A stretch of DNA of 64,000 nt from an uncultured Pseudomonadota bacterium (GCA_963836235.1 CAWIIP010000002.1:1120001-1184000); one strand, 5' to 3'; shown: positions 20,098 through 31,487, numbered from the stretch's first letter. Notes: a model not told the origin generated them from the sequence alone. Made by a program: numbers and translations.

Positions 20098-20885
20098 TTT
20101 TTCTTTTTAATACCCAGGTAGGCCTCAACAACTTTGGGGTCTTCTTGAATTTCTTTCGCGGTTCCTTCGGCGATCTTAATGCCGTGGTCCATCACGTAAA
20201 TCTTCTCGCAAATGCCCATCACCACTTTCATGTCATGCTCGATCAAAAGGATGGAAAGGTTGAATTCCCTGCGCAACCGCTGGATGGTCTGCATCAACCA
20301 CTGGGATTCCTGGGGGTTCATGCCCGCGGCGGGCTCGTCCAGCAGGAGAATCCGGGCTCCTGTCGCCAAGGCCCGGGCAATCTCCAGTTTTTTCTGGTCG
20401 CCATAAGGCAAGGCGCCCGCCAAAGCTCCCTTTCGGGAGGTCAATTCCAATACCCGCATCAAGCGGTCCGTTTCCTCGCCGAAGGCCTTTTCCACCTCCT
20501 GGAACCTTTGGGTCTGCCCCAGCGCCGCCCCGACGCCATAGGGATGGGAATGATGGAAAGCCACCTTGATATTGGTCTCGACCGTCAGGTCCTTGAAGAG
20601 TCGGATGTTTTGAAAGGTGCGGACCAGGCCCAAATGGGTGATCTGGCTGGGCTTCAATCCGAGGATGGATTTGCCCAAAACCCTGACGTCCCCCCTTTGG
20701 GGCCGGTAAATGCCCGAGAGGATGTTGAAAACGGTGGTTTTGCCCGCCCCATTGGGCCCGATGAGCCCCGCCAATTCGCCTGCGCGAAGCACCATAGAAA
20801 AATCATCGACGGCCACCAACCCGCCGAAAGAAAGGGTGACATTTTCCACGTCCAAGACCAGGTGGCGTTCTTTCGGTTTTTCCAA
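20094..20885 (-). CDS. livG: Branched-chain amino acid ABC transporter ATPase
   Basis: 'GPNGAGKTT', 'RTFQNIRLF', 'LPYG', 'LDEPAAG', 'IEHDM'. Confidence 0.92.
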   Translation of the reverse strand: MEKPKERHLVLDVENVTLSFGGLVAVDDFSMVLRAGELAGLIGPNGAGKTTVFNILSGIYRPQRGDVRVLGKSILGLKPSQITHLGLVRTFQNIRLFKDLTVETNIKVAFHHSHPYGVGAALGQTQRFQEVEKAFGEETDRLMRVLELTSRKGALAGALPYGDQKKLEIARALATGARILLLDEPAAGMNPQESQWLMQTIQRLRREFNLSILLIEHDMKVVMGICEKIYVMDHGIKIAEGTAKEIQEDPKVVEAYLGIKKKK

Positions 20886-21036
20886 TTCGGCCTCGAACCC
20901 TTTTATTCTCAGAAACAGTGTAAACCAAACCCAAAGAAAAGTTTTGAGTTTTGATGGACGGGTGTTAAGTTATGGGCCGTTTTCCATCGTTTCTTTTAAA
21001 CGCGGGAAAATTTCTAAACTTAAACCTGGAATTCGA

Positions 21037-21708
21037 ATGGACCTGCTCATTTTTGATTTTGACGGACTCATCTTGGACACCGAAACGGTGATCTTTGAGG
21101 CTTGGAACGAAATATTCCAATCTTACGGCCTTCAATTGCCCCTTTCCGAATGGGCCTCCTGCATCGGCACTTCCCACCACGCCTTTGACGTTTTCGGTTA
21201 TTTGGAAACCCGGTTGGGCCGCCCCGTTGACCGCAAGGAACTGGCCGAACGCCACCACCGCCGGATTATGGACCGGCTCCAGACCATGGAACCCCGCGCG
21301 GGAGTCATCGAATACCTGAAGGAGGCTCAACGCGAAAGAATCGCCATCGCCCTGGCTTCCAGCTCCCACCAGAAGTGGGTCATGGGGCATCTTTCGCGCT
21401 TGAACCTGGCCGAATGCTTTCATTCCATCCGCACCGCGGATGACGTCCAAAACGTCAAACCCCATCCCGAGTTATATGAACTCACCCTGACTTTTATGGG
21501 CGTTTCCCCCGGCCGCGCCATCGCCTTTGAGGATTCACCCAATGGGGTCACGGCCGCCCAAGCCGCCGGCATTTATTGCGTGGCGGTGCCCAATCCGGTC
21601 ACGAAAAACCTTTCTTTGGATCATGCCGACGAACGCATCGAATCCATGGGGGACATCGGCTTGCAGGAACTGCTCCATCGCATCGAAACCAGCCGCGCGC
21701 AAGGTTAA
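21037..21708 (+). CDS. HAD-superfamily phosphatase
   Basis: 'IFDFDGLILDTE', 'KPHP', 'FEDSPNG'. Confidence 0.9.
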   Translation: MDLLIFDFDGLILDTETVIFEAWNEIFQSYGLQLPLSEWASCIGTSHHAFDVFGYLETRLGRPVDRKELAERHHRRIMDRLQTMEPRAGVIEYLKEAQRERIAIALASSSHQKWVMGHLSRLNLAECFHSIRTADDVQNVKPHPELYELTLTFMGVSPGRAIAFEDSPNGVTAAQAAGIYCVAVPNPVTKNLSLDHADERIESMGDIGLQELLHRIETSRAQG

Positions 21709-21729
21709 AGCCCGGGATACTTCAGCTTT

Positions 21730-22416
21730 TTATTTTTCCGCGATGAGGATATTCGTCATTCCAAAAGGCTGTTGGAAATCCAAAAGCTTGGCCAAAGGCA
21801 GGAGAAAAGTTGGCGTCTTGTTCGGCACCGTCATTCCATGGGAACCGGAAGCCACAACCTTTAGCCCGTTTTGGGCCATTTTTTCTTTCAAGTAACCCAT
21901 CGAAAACTTCAAGGCTTTGCGTTCCTCCGGCACCAGGGAGGAAAAAAGGTACATCAAAGGATTGTTTCGGTTCGGCTCCAGGACTACCACATACTTCCTC
22001 GAAACTCTTCGCATTTCCGTGAGTACGGCGTCGATATCCTCCACATGGTGTAAAAGGGCGTGGCAGAAAACCACGTCGAAAGCGAAATCCTGAAAACTTA
22101 AATGTGCCGCGTCCATTAACAACTTGTCGGGGACCGGGTTCTTTGCCAGCATTTTTCCTGAAAAATCGACCCCCACGACTTTGCAGATTTGGCCGAAATA
22201 GTGGGAAAAAAAACCGTTGCCGCAGCCCACATCCAAAAGTCGGATTTGGGGGTCCAGTGGAATCGTCCGCCGGATAAAATCAATCTTCGGAACTACATAT
22301 TGCCTTACCACCGGATGATCCGGCGGCCTGCGGTCGTCCAAGGATTTTCTTTCCCAATAATCTTTTTGAAACAAAAGTTCCTCTTCGTTTCTAGTTTTCA
22401 CCGGATTCCGCTCCAA
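21730..22416 (-). CDS. Class I SAM-dependent methyltransferase
   Basis: 'LLDVGCGNG', 'GVDFS', 'FDVVFCHALLHH'. Confidence 0.88.
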   Translation of the reverse strand: MERNPVKTRNEEELLFQKDYWERKSLDDRRPPDHPVVRQYVVPKIDFIRRTIPLDPQIRLLDVGCGNGFFSHYFGQICKVVGVDFSGKMLAKNPVPDKLLMDAAHLSFQDFAFDVVFCHALLHHVEDIDAVLTEMRRVSRKYVVVLEPNRNNPLMYLFSSLVPEERKALKFSMGYLKEKMAQNGLKVVASGSHGMTVPNKTPTFLLPLAKLLDFQQPFGMTNILIAEK

Positions 22417-22534
22417 AGCCTAAAATTCATTTCTATTCTGCGATTTTATGCAATTTTTTTCCACTTGAAAGGACCCGGTTTATAAACCACAAAACTGGGC
22501 TATACTCGGGGAACTTTAATTCAGCGGGGACAAA

Positions 22535-23389
22535 ATGTACCAGACCTTTTGGATGCGCCTGATATCGAATGAGCCGTATATCCGGTTCTATTGCTTTTTC
22601 GCCGTCTTTATCCTGATGGCCTTTTGGGAACAAAAGGCCTCCCGCCGTAAAGAAAAAGTCCCCCGCGTTCTCCGCTGGCCCAATAACCTGGGCCTGGGCT
22701 TTTTGAACCACTACTTTATCCGCGCCCTTTTGCCCGGAGCCGCCCTTTGGGCCGCAAATCTGGCCATTCGAAGCCGCTTCGGGCTATTTCAATGGGTGGA
22801 TGTCCCCGAAACTTTTTCCGTCTGGTTTACGGTCGTCATATTGGATTGGGTGTCTTATTACCAACACCGGGCCTTTCACGACATTCCCCTGCTTTGGAAA
22901 ATACACCGCATGCATCACACGGACCTGGAGGTGGATCTCACCACGGGAACGCGTTTTCACACCTTGGAAATATTAGTCTCGCTTTTGGTGAAATCATTGG
23001 CCGTTTTTCTTTTAGGCGCTCCCCTCGCCGGAGTTTTCCTGTTTGAACTTGTTTTGAACGCCTCAACCCTTTTCAACCATTCCAACGTCCGAATTCCGGC
23101 CTTTCTGGAAAAATCACTCCGCCTGGTTTTCGTTACCCCCGATATGCACCGTATCCACCATTCGACCATCCCCTCAGAGACCAATAGCAACTTTGGTTTC
23201 ATTTTTTGCGTTTGGGATAAGCTTTTCAAAACTTATCGTCCCCAACCAAGGGACGGACAGGAAAATATGAAATTAGGCCTGGAATTTCTTCGTGACTCAA
23301 AATACCTGGCGCTGACGCAACTCCTGAAGATCCCTTTTCTGGATAGCGACGGCCGATTCAAGTGGGACAATCTTACCAAGATAAAATGA
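22535..23389 (+). CDS. Sterol desaturase/fatty acid hydroxylase family
   Basis: His boxes HRAFH, HRMHH, HRIHH; 'NFG..F..WDKLF.TY'. Confidence 0.9.
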   Translation: MYQTFWMRLISNEPYIRFYCFFAVFILMAFWEQKASRRKEKVPRVLRWPNNLGLGFLNHYFIRALLPGAALWAANLAIRSRFGLFQWVDVPETFSVWFTVVILDWVSYYQHRAFHDIPLLWKIHRMHHTDLEVDLTTGTRFHTLEILVSLLVKSLAVFLLGAPLAGVFLFELVLNASTLFNHSNVRIPAFLEKSLRLVFVTPDMHRIHHSTIPSETNSNFGFIFCVWDKLFKTYRPQPRDGQENMKLGLEFLRDSKYLALTQLLKIPFLDSDGRFKWDNLTKIK

Positions 23390-23393
23390 AAAG

Positions 23394-25078
23394 TTAACGG
23401 ATCGATCCGGCGTTCGTGACGGGGGTATAGGGGCTATAACCCCGGTACTGCAGGAAAGGAACCGAAGCCAGCATGTGGTCGTCCGTTCTTTCCACTGGCT
23501 TTCCCGGAATCTCGAAATAATACCAGCTATCCCCCACTTTCCCTGTCGGTGTCCTATCCGCGATCCAACTTGTCGCGATGGGGCGCGTGGGAGGATAAGC
23601 CACGGGAGCCAATTGCAGAAAACCGGCGTTAATGACGTAAACCGTTCCGGGTTGCGGCCCTTCCAAGTCGCTCTCCATCCAGGGCTGCCAATGTAACCCG
23701 TAAAACCCGGGGTCAATCCCGCCGAAATAAGCCAAATGAACTTTCGACCAGCCCCGTTGTTTGGCGGCTTCGGCCAGCCTTTTTTGATCCTGCCCCCAAT
23801 CCAAATTGGAGTCCCCCAGGTAATGGATTTTTTTATCGGCGGGAACCAGTTCATTGAAATAACCGACCATTTGGGGGTCGCTCCAAACCACGCTCCCAGT
23901 TTGCCACAGCGCCAAGAGAACCACCGCCGCTCGCCCGGCTTTCCTGGGGGCGGCTTTCCAAGCCCAAATCACCGCCTCACCCGCGATAAGGAATAAAAAG
24001 GGGAAGGCCGGCAGGAGATAACGAATCCCCAGATTTAGGGATGGCAGCAGGGCCAAGAAAAACACCAAGGGCGTAACCCATTGCCAGCGTGGGATTTGGA
24101 TCTTTCCCGCCAATGCCAATCCCAAACCGGCGATCAAGAACAAAAGAAAAGGCAATGGTTCTTTTAGGAAAAAAGCGATCGGCAGGTAATACCAATGGCT
24201 TTCCAACCCACTATCCCCGAGAAAAAAAACGGGAAAAGGGTTTTGCGCGAAAGCCAAGTCCTCCTTGAATTTATCGATGACATAGCGAAAAGGCTGGTGA
24301 TGGTCGGGCCAAAGAATGGTGGCGGGAAGAAAAACCAGGAATGTGGTCAGGAAAAAACTGCCGGTCCCATGAATCCACCGATCACGGATTTCAAGCCTCC
24401 GTTCTTTTAAAAACAAGAGGTTCTCTTTTCCGTAATAAAACAAAAATTCCAGGATTATAAAAACCGGAAGTAAAACCAAGCAGTAAAACTTGGCATTAAA
24501 CGCGAGGCCCGTGAAGACTCCTGCGGCGGTGGAACGAAAAAAGGAGGGCTCCCTTTGGCAACGGTCAAAGGCCGCCACGGCCAGGAAGAAAAAAAAGCGG
24601 GGGCAATATCCGTCTTGGCCAGCCCCGACAAGGCGGAAAAAGCCGGGTCGAAGGCCCAAAAAAAGAGAACTGTCGCGGAGAAAATCAATTTTTCTCGGGT
24701 TATCCGCCATAGTAGGAATCCCACCCCCAAACCCAAGAGCCAGCTTACCGCCCGGGAAACCAAAGTGATGTTTTCTAATCGGTCCAAGTTCCATTGGAAG
24801 GTGAAAAAATGTCCCCGGTCGATGACATCTCCCGCGTAAGGCAGGGTCTTCAAATCCATCAAAAGAAGCGGAAGGGCCTGCAGGGCGCTTCCCAGCGGGG
24901 GATGGTTATGGGGCGTCACCACGTCCCCCTGGGTCCAATAGTAATAGCCATTGGCGATATCCGTGGGCTCGTCGTTGGTCAGGGAATTGGAGATAACCTG
25001 TGGAAGGACTTGGAGCGAAAAGAGGATCGCGAAAAAAAGAAAAAGGAAAAACGACTTGGGATTTTCTTTGAGTGGCAC
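23394..25078 (-). pseudogene. GT-C (PMT/ArnT-like) glycosyltransferase split by a frameshift in a T8 run
   Basis: N-part ('TNDEP','NHPPL','KTD') in ORF 24455..25078 and C-part ('AKF','RYLLP','DSNLDWGQD') in ORF 23394..24794; frame changes at A8 24589-24596. Confidence 0.8.
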
Positions 25079-25174
25079 AAGGCTATTTTAAAAGGGCCTG
25101 CCTAAAAAAGAAAGGCGCGGAACCCGGGGTTGGCCGCCGGATATCGCGCCCTTATGGCCTATCGAAAGGATTTG

Positions 25175-25636
25175 TTAAGCCAAGGCATTGATGCCTGAAT
25201 TGCTGTCCGTTCCGAAGGAAGCAAGGTCGTTGTTTAAAAGTTGCTGGGATTCCAAACCCAAAGCCGCGTTCGTGTTGGAGAGCGATGGCGAACCCGAAGC
25301 CTGGCCTTGGCCGGCAGAGGAAGAACCCATGCCCAATAGGTTTTCCAACTGGTTCAATTGGGATGACAGTGAACCCATATCCAAACCTAACATAGCGGTG
25401 GAAGAGCCGAAGAGGGAATTCGTGGAATCACCCGAGACGGCGCTATAAAGGGTATTCATGTCGTTATATTGGACTTCCAAGAAGGCGGTTTGGGCTTTCT
25501 GGGCCGGAGTCTGGGCCTGATTCATGGCCTGGGTGAAAATGGAATCAAAACTATTGGTGCCGCCTAAAGCGCTAGTGAGGGAGTCCGAAGATCCGGATGA
25601 AAAAAGCGAATCGATTGGATTGATACCGTTGAGCAT
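25175..25636 (-). CDS. Hypothetical Ser/Gly-rich protein
   Basis: 153-aa ORF with RBS gaggag. Confidence 0.65.
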   Translation of the reverse strand: MLNGINPIDSLFSSGSSDSLTSALGGTNSFDSIFTQAMNQAQTPAQKAQTAFLEVQYNDMNTLYSAVSGDSTNSLFGSSTAMLGLDMGSLSSQLNQLENLLGMGSSSAGQGQASGSPSLSNTNAALGLESQQLLNNDLASFGTDSNSGINALA

Positions 25637-25806
25637 GAATTTCTCCTCAAATCACCTAACGGTTGGCTTGGCGTTTCCTGAAGGGGTGAAAAATCCATTT
25701 TTAAAGGGCCTTTAGCCCTTCACCGGCCACCAAAAAAAGAACCGGCCGACCAGCCCCAAAAAATCCATTAAGAAAACTTGGCTTGATGGAAATGCCGGTT
25801 CCGCTT

Positions 25807-26553
25807 TTATTGGGCTATCGGGGTTTCTTCTGGAGTGGGGGTGGGAGTTGGAATAGTACTAATGTAATATTTATCGAATACTTTTAGGGATTTCGGGTCT
25901 TTGCAATTCACGCAGTTGGAAACCACTTGGCCTTTTTCGGTATCGAAAAGAACGGAAGCTTTCTCGTAAAAAAGCTTGTCATTGAGCTGGTCTTTTTCCG
26001 CCCCGCAAATACTGGTGAGTTTGATGAAGGCCAAGTAGGGCTTGGTCCATTGGATCAATTCCACTTTGGGTTGCTGGCAGTCCTCATCCTTGATTTCATC
26101 CACCAGGGCTTTTTCCAGGTCCGCCGTGATTTCGGTGGTTTTCCCGCTATTGATGTCCACGAAATAGGTCTTCCAAATTCCCTCAATGGCCTCCAAACGG
26201 ATGAAAAATTTCAGGCTGTCCGTGGCCCAGTCGAAATGAATCGAGGTGGGCTGGGCGGGGTCCATGTCGTCCCACTTCACTTTAAAAGTTCCCCTGTCGG
26301 TTTCTTGGATCAAGGGGGTTCCAGCGTCCATGATCTGAAAATGATGGTCGGGGCGCCTGACGTTCACAAGCATCATGGGATAACGAAAAAAAATACGGTC
26401 CCCGACGCGGCGGTCGATGACCTGCTCGACATAAACGCGGTACCGGTCATTGGGGGAGGTGGAGAGGTAAACCTGTTGACCTGCCCGAGCCACGGACGTC
26501 CAAAGAGTGAACAACAGAAGAAAGGCCGAAAAACATTTCAAGGAAGTCTTCAT
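25807..26553 (-). CDS. Exported hypothetical protein with C-terminal PT repeat
   Basis: Signal peptide, RBS-like aaaggg, tail 'PTPTPTPEETPIAQ'. Confidence 0.7.
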   Translation of the reverse strand: MKTSLKCFSAFLLLFTLWTSVARAGQQVYLSTSPNDRYRVYVEQVIDRRVGDRIFFRYPMMLVNVRRPDHHFQIMDAGTPLIQETDRGTFKVKWDDMDPAQPTSIHFDWATDSLKFFIRLEAIEGIWKTYFVDINSGKTTEITADLEKALVDEIKDEDCQQPKVELIQWTKPYLAFIKLTSICGAEKDQLNDKLFYEKASVLFDTEKGQVVSNCVNCKDPKSLKVFDKYYISTIPTPTPTPEETPIAQ

Positions 26554-26926
26554 GTAAATCCCTTTCGTTTGATTCCGCGGGAAGAAGTGCTTCATCCCTT
26601 ACATATCCTCGCCAAACTCGAAATAGTACGAAATTTTGATCGTCACCGATACAACTCCCACCGTCAGTAACGATGGCTGAAGTGCCCCTATCCGCAACGG
26701 CCAATTCGTCCAACCGTACCCCAAGCCCCAGACTAAGTCCACCTTTTTTACCGCAACGGTGGCGTTAAAGTCCACTTGTAAAACAAGGCATTTTCGATAT
26801 TGGCGTCTTTGATGGCCTCCGGCCCAAGCTTAATTAGCTCGAATTATTGAAAACCTCGACCAATTGCGGAAATTTTATGGCAGGAGCTTGCAACACAAGA
26901 CTTTTAAATTCGACGAACCCGGATTT

Positions 26927-27433
26927 TCAATTATACCGGCTGTTGATTTGGGAAATCATCCGGCGAGCAGGAGTGTAATCCGGAAGAATCTCGAGGGCTT
27001 TGTTGAATTCTTCCAGTGCCTCATCCGTTTTTCTCAAATGGAGGTAAACCCGGCCCAGGTTGAAATGGGGATAATGGCGGGGTTCGTAGCGTCTGGATTC
27101 TACGGCTTTTTCCAGCCAAGGGATGGCTTCTTCCCATTTTCCCTGTTCGATGAAATAAGCCCCAATGTCGTTATAGGGGTTGCCGAAAGAAGGGTCGGTA
27201 TCGATGGCCCTCAGGCATTGTTCGATGGCTTCGTTGTAGTCACCCTGATGGGAATAGGCCCAGCCCAGAAAAGTGTGGGCTTCGGCGGTCGGGAAAAATC
27301 CTAAAGACTCCTTATAAAGTTGGATTGCTTTCGTGACATAACCATCCACTTGGGCCTGGTAGCCCTTCATCCAAAGTGACAAGGCCTTGGCGTGTTTTTC
27401 TCGTTCATCCAATGGAATTTCATTTTCTATCAT
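26927..27433 (-). CDS. Tetratricopeptide repeat protein
   Basis: 'PTAEAHTFLGW', 'GNPYNDIGAY', 'PHFNLGRVY'; RBS gaggagg. Confidence 0.88.
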   Translation of the reverse strand: MIENEIPLDEREKHAKALSLWMKGYQAQVDGYVTKAIQLYKESLGFFPTAEAHTFLGWAYSHQGDYNEAIEQCLRAIDTDPSFGNPYNDIGAYFIEQGKWEEAIPWLEKAVESRRYEPRHYPHFNLGRVYLHLRKTDEALEEFNKALEILPDYTPARRMISQINSRYN

Positions 27434-27666
27434 GGCTTCCTCCTCGAGGTCAAAGCTTTTGGCTCTTCCCATCCAGGCCTTGGATAGTGGTGACATTTTT
27501 TCGGAAAAGGTGATATCGGAAAAACTGTTTAAACCCCGAGTGACTACAAAAGTTGTTAATCCTAACCCCAGGCTTGGGGTTCAAAGTACATGGGTGAAGT
27601 ATAAGCTAGTAGCAATATCGATTAAGTTTGCTTCGCCCACCTACCGGGATTTAAACCCCGGCCCGA

Positions 27667-28932
27667 TCAATGAAAGACGTCGATAAAGTCGTTGGTCGAA
27701 TCCCCTACAAATATATAATTGGTTCCTCCGATATTCGCGAAGGCAATGCAGGAGGGGGCAAAAGGAGCGCCTTCGTGGCCCGATGGACTGGAATTGGTCA
27801 TTTCTGTCATAAGAACCCCTGTAGTTGAGTACACCTCGACGATATTAGCCCCGGCATCCGCCACGTAAACGCAGGGCCCTCCGCTGCAATTCGTGGAGTT
27901 GTCCACCGTCAAACCGTGTATCGCACTGTTAGGCAAAGCTGGCCAAGATTCAAGAATAGTCGTAGCACCCGAGGTGAATTCTTCTACCATTGAGGGATTG
28001 TATCCCGTATCGCTCACCCAAACATTCCCCCCCGAATCACAAGTGATCGCATAGGGCGACTTAAAGGGGAGGGAGGGTTGTTTGAAAGCGACACCGGTAC
28101 CGCCAATAGTAACTCCGGAAAATCCATTCCAAAAGTGCTCCGGAACAACGCCAGATGCGTTAGGGTTAAAGGCGGGACCGTCGAACTCTTCCACATAACT
28201 GTTCCCGGTGTCCGCGACATAAACATTATTGTTTCCATCGGCGGCTAAGCCTTTAGGGTTTTTAAAGACAATTCCACTGTAACCACTTACGCTGGCAGGC
28301 TCCCAAATAAATCCTAACCCATAGTCGGTCCAACCGTTATAAGGAGTAATCGGCGCTGTTGAAAATCCAGTGTACAAGATAGCGCCTCCATTTGATTGGA
28401 CATCCAAAATGGCAGCGTATCCGGTGGCACCCCCAGGATTTACGAACCCCTGGGGACCGTTGAGGGCAATAGAAGACGGTGACCAGGGAGGCGTTGAGTT
28501 CGGGGTAGGAAAACCCTGCAATACCACGTTCGTATAACTCGGTGGAGTATTCAGTGTTCCACCGGCCCCAGTGGCAAATCCTTCCACCCCTAAGGCGGTC
28601 CCTTTTGAGGTATTTTGTAATTCGGCGGCGGTTAATACGTAACCTGCTCCGGCGGAATTGATTACCAATTCACTGGGAGAACCGGTAGTTGGATAATTAT
28701 TCTGGAAAACTGGCGTGGGAAGAGTGAAAGTCGGAATAGGAGTCGGCGTGCCGGGTGTACCTACGACGGAAGCTGGAGTCGGAGTAGATGTACCGGGTGT
28801 CCCGCCGGGCGTTGATCCACCGCTACCACTGGGCAAAGTTGGACCCGTCCCTTTATTGGAATTATTGTCACTACAAGCCAAAGGAATAATGAGCCCCGAC
28901 AGGAGGATCAAAAGAACCAGAAGTTTTTTCAT
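27667..28932 (-). CDS. Lipoprotein with T/P linker and NHL-type beta-propeller
   Basis: Lipobox 'IPLAC', 'PKGLAADG..VYVADTGN', 'VWVSDTG'. Confidence 0.78.
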   Translation of the reverse strand: MKKLLVLLILLSGLIIPLACSDNNSNKGTGPTLPSGSGGSTPGGTPGTSTPTPASVVGTPGTPTPIPTFTLPTPVFQNNYPTTGSPSELVINSAGAGYVLTAAELQNTSKGTALGVEGFATGAGGTLNTPPSYTNVVLQGFPTPNSTPPWSPSSIALNGPQGFVNPGGATGYAAILDVQSNGGAILYTGFSTAPITPYNGWTDYGLGFIWEPASVSGYSGIVFKNPKGLAADGNNNVYVADTGNSYVEEFDGPAFNPNASGVVPEHFWNGFSGVTIGGTGVAFKQPSLPFKSPYAITCDSGGNVWVSDTGYNPSMVEEFTSGATTILESWPALPNSAIHGLTVDNSTNCSGGPCVYVADAGANIVEVYSTTGVLMTEMTNSSPSGHEGAPFAPSCIAFANIGGTNYIFVGDSTNDFIDVFH

Positions 28933-29200
28933 TTTCCGCCTCGATGAGTATTGACTGCCAGCCGCCATCAATTTTACCCGACTTACGCCTTTTTTACATG
29001 ACCAACCCTAAATCCCGCTTAAGGAATGTGAAAAAGAACAGTTTTTGAGGGCACTTTGGAGGTGTGAATTTCTCCCCCAAGTGAGGGTTTAAGCGCGGGC
29101 AGGAGCTTTTTGGGGAATTGACCTATCGAGTCAATCAAACCTTATATTCTGTCAAAAAATTACTTCTGAATGTTTTTAGAACCATTCAATTTTATTGGTC

Positions 29201-30013
29201 TTAATCAACTCCAAAAGTCGCGCCAACATAAAGATTGAGCCCATCACCTTCCAAAGCCCCAACATCGGAAGTATTGCCATCAAAGGTCAATGAATCGAAA
29301 GGTATTTTGGAGGCCCCATTGATTTGGTCGAAAGAGCCCCATCGTTGATAAGCCCCTCCTATCAATGAAAAATTGTTATCCATGTAAATTTCTAACCCAG
29401 CGCCCAAGTTAAAACCTATACCCGAAATGGTTTCGTCATTAGTACTTACGACAGTGCCCGGAACCGTACTCGTATCAACTAAATATGAAAATTGGCGGAC
29501 CCAAAGCCAGGGAAAACTGACCCCAATGCTGACAAACGGCTGGGTGGGCAATTGGGTGAAAAAATAGCGTTTAAAATCCACATTGATGGCCGACAAGCTG
29601 GCGGGGTTAGTAGTAGTGACCCCACCGCTAAAATAAGACCCGGTCGTGTCGTTTCGCCAAAAACTCACTTCCACTGCCCAAGGGCCTTCTCTTTGTCCCA
29701 CGAGAACACCCCATCCAAACTTACGTGTAATGGAAGGAATAAAATCCACTTCTTGTATTGGGCTTACGCTACTGGTCGAAGATACAAAGCCGTTTGTTCC
29801 GTTGAAATCGCCCCATTGATCAATGTCGGAAGACGTTCCCAAAACCCCGATATAGCTGCGCGATTTAACGAAATCGTTGGTTTTGGCGCCAAAAAACTCA
29901 CCCACGCTGTCGTCACTTTCAGCGAAAGCTTTAAAGCAAAACCCGCTTAAAAATACTGACGTAAAGAGCATCGCGAATAAGGCGGTTTTATGGAATTTCA
30001 TTCGTTGCGCCAT
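29201..30013 (-). CDS. Small outer-membrane beta-barrel protein
   Basis: Signal peptide, alternating strands 'DFKRYFF..QPFVSIG', 'GFNLGAGLEIY'; start uncertain (30013 or 30001). Confidence 0.7.
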   Translation of the reverse strand: MAQRMKFHKTALFAMLFTSVFLSGFCFKAFAESDDSVGEFFGAKTNDFVKSRSYIGVLGTSSDIDQWGDFNGTNGFVSSTSSVSPIQEVDFIPSITRKFGWGVLVGQREGPWAVEVSFWRNDTTGSYFSGGVTTTNPASLSAINVDFKRYFFTQLPTQPFVSIGVSFPWLWVRQFSYLVDTSTVPGTVVSTNDETISGIGFNLGAGLEIYMDNNFSLIGGAYQRWGSFDQINGASKIPFDSLTFDGNTSDVGALEGDGLNLYVGATFGVD

Positions 30014-30254
30014 CCCCCGATCTGAAGTTTCACGGAAGCAGGCCAAAACATTGAAGTGGCCTCGTATTGGGGCTTATTTTACCTAAGGTTTTAAGAATTA
30101 GAAAGAAAACTTTAGGGACTTACGATTCCGGCAGGGGGTCAGTCAAAAGATGATAGTTTATTGCCCCAATTTAGGTCATTAGATAAACAAAACCTATTTC
30201 GAACAAATCATGCAAATGAAGGAAAAAATAAAATTTAATGAACTTTTTCTTCGG

Positions 30255-31430
30255 CTAGGGCTGAAAGTTATATATCCCGTTATTGTTAAAATCGGACACA
30301 AGAATATCGCTCCCGAAAATAATCACACCATCTGGACTGGGGTTATTTGGCGCATTATTCCCGGGCCCAGCCGCCAAGAGACTTCCCACCAAGTTATATA
30401 TTTCCACCTGGCTATTGGCCACATCCGCCGCATAAAGATTAGTGCCGTTAATGGCGATTCCATAAATATCGGAACCGGGAACGGTTGAAAATTCACTGGA
30501 ATAGGTAAAGGTCGTGGGATTGAATATTTGGATTAACTGATTGCTGGCATCGGCTACATAAAGATTCCCAGAACCATCCAAAGCGACCGCACTGGGGTTA
30601 TTAAAGGTTCCCGCCCCGGAACCAGTCCCACCCCACTCCGTGACGGATGATGAAAAACTGCCGAGGGCAAATATTTCAATTTCATCATTTCCCGTGTCCG
30701 CGACGTACAAGTTGGCGCTATCCACCGCGATCCCTTCAGGGCTCGAAAAGGAAGTTGGCCCGGTGGCCGTTGTTGTCCAGGAAGTTAAAGTAGTCTGGTA
30801 ACCTCCTGAGGAGTTAAAAACATAGACACCATTGTTACCTCGGTCGACAACATAAATGTTCCCGCTTCCGTCAACAGCGGTTCCGTAAGGAACCGCGAAG
30901 GTGACTCCGGCAAGTGTTCCCACAGAAACGCCACTAGAATTGAATTCCTCGACCTGCCCGAAAGCGGGAGCTTCTCCCTCTTCGGCCACATACACAGTCG
31001 TTCCCGAGCTATTGGCCGCTAATCCACTGGGGGAATAACTACCGGTTGTCCAAGGGGTCCCCGTAAGCGTAGGGGGAGAGGTGGAGAATGTGCTTGTGGG
31101 TATAAAGGTGTTGGTCGAAGTCGGGCTAGCCGTGTAGGTAGCCGTATTCGTTGGAGTGCCTGTTTGAGTCGAAGTAGGCGTAATGGTTAAAGTCGATGTA
31201 ATCGTAGGGGTAGGGGTAACAGTCGAAGTATATCCGTTAATATTGGTGGCCGTCGCGGTGGCCGTCGCGGTCGAAGTGGGTGTGCTCGTATTGGTATAGC
31301 CAGCCCAATTAGTTGGAATGGGTGTGAGGGTGGCTGTGGGTGCCGGGCTGATCGGATTGTTGTTTTTGGAACAAGCCCATGGAATGGTTGTGCCAATCAA
31401 AACAATTAAAGTTAAAAAAATCTTCTTCAT
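30255..31430 (-). CDS. Lipoprotein with T/P linker and NHL repeats
   Basis: Lipobox 'IPWAC', long Thr/Pro tract, '[19 protein letters not shown]'. Confidence 0.85.
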   Translation of the reverse strand: MKKIFLTLIVLIGTTIPWACSKNNNPISPAPTATLTPIPTNWAGYTNTSTPTSTATATATATNINGYTSTVTPTPTITSTLTITPTSTQTGTPTNTATYTASPTSTNTFIPTSTFSTSPPTLTGTPWTTGSYSPSGLAANSSGTTVYVAEEGEAPAFGQVEEFNSSGVSVGTLAGVTFAVPYGTAVDGSGNIYVVDRGNNGVYVFNSSGGYQTTLTSWTTTATGPTSFSSPEGIAVDSANLYVADTGNDEIEIFALGSFSSSVTEWGGTGSGAGTFNNPSAVALDGSGNLYVADASNQLIQIFNPTTFTYSSEFSTVPGSDIYGIAINGTNLYAADVANSQVEIYNLVGSLLAAGPGNNAPNNPSPDGVIIFGSDILVSDFNNNGIYNFQP

Positions 31431-31487
31431 CCTAGGCTACCTCCGCCTAAAAGGAACTTATCCTTTTTAAGCATTTACGCGACCCTA

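Noticed and set aside
20710-21036. N-terminal extension of the HAD ORF (332 aa call)
   Set aside because: Overlaps livG antisense; HAD motif I starts right after ATG 21037
31080-31350. Low-complexity repeats such as gtggccgtcgcg
   Set aside because: Encode the Thr/Pro/Ala stalk of an NHL lipoprotein
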